DNA of 64,000 nucleotides from Eledone cirrhosa (lineage: Eukaryota): NCBI GenBank assembly GCA_964016885.1, contig OZ024748.1, positions 7,192,001-7,256,000 on the forward strand, read 5' to 3'. This document shows, piece by piece, positions 56,332 to 64,000 of this stretch (positions are counted from its first letter, which is position 1; each line of letters opens with the position of its first letter). The notes under the pieces are model-generated. The model was not told the origin of the DNA. It saw only the letters and a list, made by a program, of their open reading frames with translations, and did not search any database. A program made the translations under genes and the position numbers.

Positions 56332-59300
56332 ATGGCCATAAGAGTAGGAAGTTTAAATGTTCGTGGCCTGGGGTCGCCCTGGAAGCAAGGTCACTTGCTC
56401 AACGACCTCAGGTCACTAGGAATGGATGTAATTGCCATCAGCGAGACCAGAATTTCCGACACACGCGCACTGGCGCCGATTTTCGACGATTATCAGATCT
56501 TTGCATCTGTTAGTCGGCCGGGAATGGGAGGTGGAGTGGCTGTGCTGTTTAGGAAATGTCTGGATCTCGAGGTAAGGTCAATCTTCCGGGATCCTGACGG
56601 AAAGTTGGTGGTCCTGGACGTGAGCAATAGCGAAGGTGGTGCCTTTAGACTGGTGGCCGTCTACGCCCCTACTGGGGCCGGTCGGCCGGACTTCTTTAGG
56701 CGCCTGGAAAACTTTCTGCTTACGTCTCGCCCTTTACTGTTAATAGGGGATTGGAATGGCATCTTAGAAGCACGCTGGGATTGTGTGGGAGTATCTGATA
56801 GGAGCGGGGGGTGCAAAAGCCTCAAGTACCTGATCAGCCAGTTTCAACTGTCTGACAGGTACCGACTAGATTTCCCTAATGCGCCAGTATGGACCTGGAC
56901 CAATCGCATAGGGTCATCTAGATCGTACATAGATAGGATTTTCATTAGGAAAAGAGATAGAAATAGTGTAGGATGTCCACATTTTAAAACGGTTGCCTAT
57001 TCAGATCACAAGCTTGTGATCTGTATGGTCGACCTAGATAAGACACGTAGGTTAGGACCTAGCTACTGGAAGCTAAACATGTCGTTTCCGGCACGTAAAG
57101 CTTACAGGGACCGGGTCAACAACTTAGTTAAGCAAAAGTTGACAGGGGGGGTTGTCAACAACAGGTGGTGGGGGGCACTCAAAAGAGAGATTAGAGCAAC
57201 CTCGATAGGATTTAGCAAAGAAGTAGCAATAGAGAAAAATAGAAAGGAGGAGGGGCTGATAGCTAAGTTAGACGAGGCTATTTGTAGTGGCATTGCAACA
57301 GACGTGCTAGCGGCGAGAATGGCACTAGACCATTTCTTCAATGCGAAACACGAAGGTTGCATTGTCAGAGCTAAGGCGCGTGCTCTGAGGAACGAGGGAA
57401 CCAAAGCTGCCCGATGGGCTCGCTTTGCAGAGACGCAGCGTGGAAATAAAACCACAATTCGGTCTTTGACGGATCGAGATGGACACGAACTGAGCGATTC
57501 CAAGCGGATGTGTGAGGCCTTTCGCCAGCACTTTGCTCGATTGTTCGGGAGGATGGGTGAGTCGGAGATGGCGGCGGACTTCAGTCCCTACCTCGACGGC
57601 TTGCCACGCCTCTCGACGGCCGACGCTGAGCGCTGCGAAGAGCCGATAACATCAGCCGAAATTCAGGACGCCCTTGTCGGCTGCTCGAGTCGCAAGTCAC
57701 CCGGTTTGGATGGTCTGCCCTACGAGCTTTACGTAAATATGCCAGACTTGTTCTCCGATCTCCTCGAAGCGCTCTACTGCAACTGGCAGCAGAACGGGAG
57801 CATTCCCAGTTCTGTGAGCCGTGGCGTAGTGACGCTGATAAGGAAAGACGAGAACAAGAGGGACACACTAGATAATTTCAGGCCCATAACCCTGCTCAAC
57901 ACAGAGTTTAAGATTTTGGCCAAGGTGTTAGCGAAAAGGTTGGCGCTTGTCGTCAAAGATTTGGTTGGGGAGGCGCAAACTTGCGCAATCCCGACCAGGT
58001 CCATACACGACAACCTCCACCTCATGCGATACATCATAGAGAGGGTTGGGTGCAAACCTGGCTTCGGTGGGGCTCTGATCAATTTAGATCAATCGAAAGC
58101 ATTCGATAGGGTCGACCATCGGTACTTGGAGGCTGTCCTCGAGGCGGCTGGCTTCGGCCCCGTCTTCAGAAGCTGGATCGCTGCAATGTACAGCGGCATC
58201 CGCTCGGTGGTCAAAGTTAATGGCCACCTCTCGGAACCGTTTCAGATCTCTCGATCGGTCCGTCAAGGGTGCCCTCTCTCCTCACTTCTGTACGTATTGA
58301 CTCTTGAGCCTCTACTGCGGAAGCTGGAGTTGTTGCAGGGCATCCCGCTCGAACCGGGACGTAGAAAGGCTGCGTCCGCTTATGCGGACGACATCACCGT
58401 GATGGTGTCGGACACCTCGGAAATCGAGGTGATCCGCACCCATTTGGAGGAATATGAAAGGTTGACGGGAGCAAAACTTAACCCGGAAAAGTCGGTGGGC
58501 TTGCAGCTCGGCACCTGGAGAGGCAAGTCCATGCCGTCCAACAGCGTCGTTGGGCGCTGGACAGACGGACCGGTAAAGTTGCTCGGGGTTTGGTTCGGAC
58601 CAGACCTCCAGGTGGATAAGAATTGGGACGAGGTGACGAGCAGGATAGCCAACCTCACCCAGAAATGGGCTGAGAGAAAGCTATCACTGAAAGGGCGGGC
58701 GGAGGTGGCGAACGCGTACATCGCGTCCGTCATCTACTACCGCCTGACCGTCGTGCCTTGCCCCCGTCCACGCCTCGCCAATTTGGAACGGCTCCTTTTC
58801 AAATTTTTGTGGAGGGGACGGGTCCCGTTGGTGAGGCGGTCCATCTGCTGCCAGCACCCTCTTCGTGGAGGGCTGGGCATGCCGTGGCTAATGATGCGCA
58901 GACATGCGCTGAGGCTGCGACATCTCCAGATATTTTGCCTAAACGGTGAACAGGTGTGGTCGCCGTTTGTTAGACGGGCCTTTCCGCAGCTCATCTCTTT
59001 GACTGAGCTGCAGTCCTGGGTCAAGAAGAGACCGAGACTGGGCGACTGGCATCTGGAATGTTGCCAGGCGCTCACTGCACTCTGCAAGGTGGGCAATGCG
59101 GTCAGTGGAACTTCCACTCAAGATTTCTATAGAGGATTAGTGGAGGGCAAGTGCGATGACGTACTAGGAGAGGCTCTGGGCGTCAACGAAGTAGAACTGA
59201 CCAGTATGTTCCGGAGGACTTTCGAGCCGGGGACGATGGATAACTTCCAGAAATCCCTCGCTTGGCAGTGCTACCGGGGGGCGCTGCCGGTTCGGGATAA

Positions 59301-59751
59301 ACTCTACAGGCACGGAAGTGCTGTCAGACGAACCTGCCCGAGATGCGCGCAGAGCGACGAAACCGTTCTGCACGCACTCGTCCAGTGTCCGTGCATTGCT
59401 GACTTGTGGGGTTATGTCGAACAGCTATTGTCGCGTGTAGAACGGATCCGGCTATCGTCCGAGTCCATAGTGAAGATTGACCCGCCGCCTTCTTTTGGTC
59501 AGGAAGGGCAGGCAATTTTCCTCTGCCTGGTGGCAGTAGCGAAAGAGGTTGCATGGTGGACCAGGTTGAAAGGACTGAAGACAGACACTTTTCTCTTCGG
59601 CCAATCCCTCATCAACTTCTTCAAGTTTCACTTGGAAAGGAAGGTGAGGGTGGAGAGAGAAGTGCTGCCCCCCAGTACATTTACTGAAAGGTGGGTGAAT
59701 GTGGCGAGAATGGCCCGCGTGAGTGGGCCTACTCTGATCATGCGCCTGTAG
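56332..59751 (+). CDS. LINE ORF2p: APE endonuclease + reverse transcriptase + C-terminal zinc finger (1139 aa)
   Basis: APE motifs: SLNVRG, SET, VYAP, GDWN, SYIDRIF, SDH. RT motifs: KSPGLDG, FRPITLLN, LDQSKAFDRVDH, VRQGCPLS, YADD. C-terminal CPRC-x8-H-x4-C. Confidence 0.97.
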   Translation: MAIRVGSLNVRGLGSPWKQGHLLNDLRSLGMDVIAISETRISDTRALAPIFDDYQIFASVSRPGMGGGVAVLFRKCLDLEVRSIFRDPDGKLVVLDVSNSEGGAFRLVAVYAPTGAGRPDFFRRLENFLLTSRPLLLIGDWNGILEARWDCVGVSDRSGGCKSLKYLISQFQLSDRYRLDFPNAPVWTWTNRIGSSRSYIDRIFIRKRDRNSVGCPHFKTVAYSDHKLVICMVDLDKTRRLGPSYWKLNMSFPARKAYRDRVNNLVKQKLTGGVVNNRWWGALKREIRATSIGFSKEVAIEKNRKEEGLIAKLDEAICSGIATDVLAARMALDHFFNAKHEGCIVRAKARALRNEGTKAARWARFAETQRGNKTTIRSLTDRDGHELSDSKRMCEAFRQHFARLFGRMGESEMAADFSPYLDGLPRLSTADAERCEEPITSAEIQDALVGCSSRKSPGLDGLPYELYVNMPDLFSDLLEALYCNWQQNGSIPSSVSRGVVTLIRKDENKRDTLDNFRPITLLNTEFKILAKVLAKRLALVVKDLVGEAQTCAIPTRSIHDNLHLMRYIIERVGCKPGFGGALINLDQSKAFDRVDHRYLEAVLEAAGFGPVFRSWIAAMYSGIRSVVKVNGHLSEPFQISRSVRQGCPLSSLLYVLTLEPLLRKLELLQGIPLEPGRRKAASAYADDITVMVSDTSEIEVIRTHLEEYERLTGAKLNPEKSVGLQLGTWRGKSMPSNSVVGRWTDGPVKLLGVWFGPDLQVDKNWDEVTSRIANLTQKWAERKLSLKGRAEVANAYIASVIYYRLTVVPCPRPRLANLERLLFKFLWRGRVPLVRRSICCQHPLRGGLGMPWLMMRRHALRLRHLQIFCLNGEQVWSPFVRRAFPQLISLTELQSWVKKRPRLGDWHLECCQALTALCKVGNAVSGTSTQDFYRGLVEGKCDDVLGEALGVNEVELTSMFRRTFEPGTMDNFQKSLAWQCYRGALPVRDKLYRHGSAVRRTCPRCAQSDETVLHALVQCPCIADLWGYVEQLLSRVERIRLSSESIVKIDPPPSFGQEGQAIFLCLVAVAKEVAWWTRLKGLKTDTFLFGQSLINFFKFHLERKVRVEREVLPPSTFTERWVNVARMARVSGPTLIMRL

Positions 59752-60240
59752 GCTGGTGAATTCGAGAAGGAGAGGGGTGCCCTTCCCGGGTGCCCTAGGA
59801 GCGTCGGGTGGCTCAGGACTGGTGGGGTGCTTGAGTCAACCCTGGGTGGTGATCCCTCTTATTGGGGAACTTTCATTGTTGTATTTTTATTGTTATTTTG
59901 TTTTTTTGTTATTTATACTTACTCGATCTCTATGTAAACCCCCACTGTCCCTGTCTATTGTGTTGTCCCCTATATGTCGGCCCTTGTGGCCAATAAATGA
60001 AATCATTATTATTATTATTATTATTTAATGTTCTCTCTCTCTCTCTCTTTCCCTCTCTCTCTCCCTCTCTCTCTCTATGTGAGCACTGAACTTTTCATCA
60101 GGAAAAAACAAAAGAAAACACATTTTTGAAAAAGAAATAAAAAGAAGGAAAGAAAAAGAAGGAACACTTCGTTATTTTTACTTTTGAAAGCAAATGTTGA
60201 GAGACAAAAGATGACAAAGATGATGTGTTAATACAAGCGA

Positions 60241-60370
60241 CTAGCGACCCCTAGTGGCGTACGTTAATATAACGTTCTGCATAACGATCTACTTCCGGTA
60301 AATTGTTCGCGCCATGTCGACTCCGAGTAAATCACAGATCAACGCGGCGTTCCACTCCGTCCATTTTCAC
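60241..60370. promoter_or_regulatory. CpG-rich motif cluster: CTCF-like, ETS, E2F/YY1-like
   Basis: Minus-strand GCCACTAGGGGTCGCTAG (60241-60258), ACTTCCGG (60291-60298), TTCGCGCCATG (~60306-60316). CpG density is locally high. Motif evidence only. Confidence 0.4.
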
Positions 60371-60419
60371 TTCGTCTCTCGTTCTACCTTCACAAATATG
60401 TTTTGATTTTAATGAATGC

Positions 60420-60640
60420 TAACAACACCGCCATCAACACCATCGTCAGTAACACCACCGCCATCAATACAACCTCTAGTAACTCCACCACCATCAACAC
60501 CACCACCAGTAACTCCACCGTCACCAACACAGCCACCAGTAACACCACCGCCATCAACACCACCACCAGTAACTCCACCACCATCAACACCACCACCAGT
60601 AACTCCACTATCACCAACACAGCCACCAGTAACGCCACCA
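60420..60640. repeat. 30-bp CAC-rich minisatellite
   Basis: agtaactccaccaccatcaacaccaccacc, ~7 copies. Confidence 0.85.
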
Positions 60641-60790
60641 AGTTGTAGAAATATTAGTGGTGCTGCTGCTGGTGATGGTGGTGGTATTAGTAGTGGTATT
60701 AGCTCGAGAGAGCAATGGTGGTGGATTTGGTGGTGGTTTTGATGGTGATGGTTATAGTAGTAGTAGTAGTAGTAGTAGTAATAGTAGTAA

Positions 60791-60826
<36 letters not shown>

Positions 60827-61319
60827 CAGTAGCAGTAGTAGTAGTAGTAGTAATAGTAGTAGTAGTAGTAGTAGTAGTAGTAATAGTAGCAGCAGTAACA
60901 GTAGCAGTAGCAGCAGTAGCAGTAGTACCAACAGCAGCAGTAGTAATAGTAGTAGTAGTAGTGCTGGAGGTAGTGTTGGTGTTTGGAGGTGTTGCAGGTG
61001 GTATTGGTGGTGTTATCACGTTGGAAAGGAATTAGTAATTAGTCACCATTTGACACAGCTCCCTCCCCCCTCTACCCCCTTTCTTCTTTTCCCTCCGCCT
61101 AAACCCACTCCCCTCTGTATATATGTGTGTGTGAGTGCGTGTGCGTGTGCATGTGTGTGTCTGTATGTTTGTATCAGTATGTGTGCGTGAGTGTATGTGT
61201 GTTGTAGCGCTTTTAGTTTCTGTTGATAAATTCTTAACACAGTTCCTCAGGCCTAGGTCTCAATTGTCATTAACACTTTCCTGACCGTTTTTATAATGAA
61301 ATACACTCCATTTCAATTA

Positions 61320-61509
61320 AATAATTATTTTTACTTTTGGCACAAGGCCAGCAATTACCCAGTGTATTACTGGTACTTTATTTTATCGACCCTGTAAGGA
61401 TGAAAGGCAAAGTAAACCTCGGCGGGATTTGAACTCAGACCATAAAGGGCCGTAAATCTTTGCTGCAAAACATGGCGTCCGACCCTCTACCGATACTGCC
61501 AATCCACCA
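61320..61509 (-). mobile_element. SINE A
   Basis: Family match; caattaa(a/t)taat on both flanks. Confidence 0.9.
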
Positions 61510-61644
61510 ATTAATTAATGAAGAACTGTGAGGGATCTACTAATTTTATTAATTATTTTTATTACCAATGTATTAACTTAACATATGGAATTAATATGAA
61601 ATTATTTTGTGAGATTTTAATTCAAATGTATGTATATATGTATG

Positions 61645-61680
<36 letters not shown>

Positions 61681-61790
61681 TGTATGCATGTATGTATATG
61701 TGTATATATATGTATATATGTATGTATATATGTATGTATATATGTATGTATGTATGATGTAGGTCTTGTCGGAGGTAATATCTTATTTAA

Positions 61791-61850
61791 TGGTCGTGCC
61801 CCAGCATGGCCTCAGTCTGTCGGCTGGAACATGTAATATAGTTATAGAGT
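61791..61850 (+). mobile_element. Short 3' tip of the same family as 42.2 kb (LINE or partner SINE)
   Basis: ggtcgtgccccagcatggcctcagtc...ggctggaacatgtaa matches 42210-42255. Confidence 0.55.
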
Positions 61851-62539
61851 AATAGGCACTAAATACAAAGGACTATGTAGTCGATTAAAACCCCAATATT
61901 TGACTGGTACTTTAAATATTTTACCCCAGAAGGTGTATAAATTGCTAACTTCCTCGTATTGTCTTGGAGGTCATACAAAGTATCGCGAGTGCTTCCCAAC
62001 ATGTAAGTAGCTGAGCATGATACAAACATGTGTACTTAAGTAATTCTCAGGGAGATTCACTATGATATATTGTGTGACCTGGCTGGTCTTTTGAATTTCT
62101 GTGACATCTACATAGTCATGTGATCCCTACAGAGTTCTGACAAGAGAATATAGTATGTGGTGTTCTGATGAAGCCGGCTTATGAGATCAAAGACGTTATA
62201 GTTGTAACTATGCCTCTCATCTCATTTCGTTTATTATTTCATCTCAACTTATATTTAATGTATCTTTTCTTTTGTTCTAAGATGAACTATTATGTTAATC
62301 CCCGAGTCCGCTCTCATGGAGCTCCACTCCTACATTCAAAGGTATTCCACCACTCGGGACCGTCCCATTTCATTTATCAAGGGCTAAGTTATCTAATGTC
62401 TCATTTCCAGTTTTGTTATATTTTTTTTTTTTAACAAAACAAAACAAAACAAGATAGGTAAAATTCGAGACAGGTATAACTGCTATTTCTAGCTGATCTT
62501 TTACCTACAGAAGGGTTCTCCTTGGTTGTACTAGTAATA

Positions 62540-63725
62540 GTGGAGTTGGTGTTGCTATTGGTGATGTTGCTGTTGCTATTGGTGATGTTGCTGTTGCTAT
62601 TGGCGGTGCTATTGGTCGAGTTGGTGTTACTATTGGTGATGTTAGTGTGGCTATTGGTGGTGTTAGTGTTGCTATTGGTGATGTTAGTGTGGCTATTGGT
62701 GATGTTGGTGTTGCTATTGGTGATGTTAGTGTTGCTATTGGTGATGTTAGTGTGGCTATTGGTGATGTTAGTGTGGCTATTGGTGATGTTAGTGTGGCTA
62801 TTGGTGGTGTTGGTGTTGCTATTGGTGGTGTTAGTGTGGCTATTGGTGGTGTTGCTATTGGTGGTGTTAGTGTGGCTATTGGTGGTGTTGGTGTTGCTAT
62901 TGGTGATGTTGGTGTTGCTATTGGTGATGTTGGTGTTGCTATTGGTGATGTTAGTGTGGCTATTGGTGATGTTAGTGTGGCTATTGGTGATGTTAGTGTG
63001 GCTATTGGTGATGTTAGTGTGGCTATTGGTGATGTTAGTGTGGCTATTGGTGATGTTAGTGTGGCTATTGGTGATGTTAGTGTGGCTATTGGTGGTGTTA
63101 GTGTGGCTATTGGTGGTGTTAGTGTGGCTATTGGTGGTGTTAGTGTGGCTATTGGTGGTGTTAGTGTGGCTATTGGTGGTGTTAGTGTGGCTATTGGTGA
63201 TGTTAGTGTGGCTATTGGTGATGTTAGTGTGGCTATTGGTGATGTTAGTGTGGCTATTGGTGATGTTAGTGTGGCTATTGGTGGTGTTAGTGTGGCTATT
63301 GGTGGTGTTAGTGTGGCTATTGGTGGTGTTAGTGTGGCTATTGGTGGTGTTGGTGTTGCTATTGGTGATGTTGGTGTGGCTATTGGTGGTGTTGGTGTTG
63401 CTATTGGTGGTGTTGGTGTTGCTATTGGTGATGTTGGTGTTGCTATTGGTGATGTTGGTGTTGCTATTGGTGGTGTTGGTGTTGCTATTGGTGGTGTTGG
63501 TGTTGCTATTGGTGATGTTGGTGTTGCTATTGGTGGTGTTGGTGTTGCTATTGGTGATGTTGGTGTTGCTATTGGTGATGTTGGTGTTGCTATTGGTGGT
63601 GTTGGTGTTGCTATTGGTGGTGGTGGTGTTGCTATTGGTGATGTTGGTGTGGCTATTGGTGATGTTGGTGTGGCTATTGGTGGTGTTGGTGTTGCTATTG
63701 GTGATGTTGGTGTTGCTATTGGCGG
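62540..63725. repeat. 21-bp minisatellite, ~55 copies
   Basis: Unit gctattggtgRtgttRgtgtK. Confidence 0.96.
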
Positions 63726-64000
63726 TGCTAGTTGGGATGGTGGATTTGGTGGAGGACATCTAAGTATTTTTATTTTTATTTGAGTATTTTTCCATTATTA
63801 TATGGAAAATTAATTAAAGTCGCCCCTTCGACAATTGTCTTCATTCCCGCAATGTTGTAGTAATAACAATATTAGACGAAAGAAGATTTGCACATTTTCG
63901 GTTTGGCAATAATTATGGTTCTGTAATAACAGAATGATTTATCAAGAGTGATAGGAAATTGCTCAGAACTGCGATTCAATACAAGTTGCATCGTTTAAAG

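Larger units (their letters stand above)
54231..60025 (+). mobile_element. Full-length, apparently intact non-LTR retrotransposon (L1 superfamily, Tx1-like)
   Basis: Layout is ~210 nt 5'UTR, ORF1, 29-nt spacer, ORF2 and a ~250 nt 3'UTR ending GGCCCTTGTGGCC-AATAAA-TGAAATC-(ATT)7. It is preceded by (ATT)8 at 54207-54230. Both ORFs are uninterrupted. The 5' boundary is inferred from the ATT run. Confidence 0.95.

Noticed and set aside
54430-59554. Antisense and alternative-frame ORFs within the LINE
   Set aside because: They are shadow ORFs of GC-richer coding sequence with no motifs.
62431-63759. Mucin-like N/T/S-rich 442-aa ORF
   Set aside because: It is a 21-bp minisatellite open on both strands, with no signal peptide or good acceptor. 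A donor-like site near 62503 alone is insufficient.

Overview
This is a very AT-rich, microsatellite-saturated eukaryotic window. The repeat types and simple-repeat load suggest a cephalopod (Octopus-like) intergenic or intronic region; that is inference. I can support no host protein-coding gene, and almost all ORFs in the track are translations of simple repeats. The main element is an apparently intact ~5.8 kb L1/Tx1-type LINE (54231-60025) embedded in (ATT)n. It has a CCHC-knuckle ORF1 and an APE-RT-zinc-finger ORF2, and five shorter 3' fragments of the same lineage also occur. About 17 copies or fragments of one tRNA-derived SINE share the LINE's 3' CUUGU stem-loop, its ATT tail and ATT-starting target duplications, which suggests a LINE/SINE partner pair with an ATT target preference. 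A second system sits in the (TA)n tracts: several families of short, often fold-back elements carrying complete or half type I minimal hammerhead ribozymes, most likely Penelope-like pLTR relics or retrozyme-like elements. Also present are RTE and CR1-like LINE fragments, other SINEs, a pogo/Tigger-like MITE, several minisatellites (one an array of E2F-consensus cores) and a CTCF/ETS motif cluster near 60.3 kb. All coordinates and pairings were read by eye.
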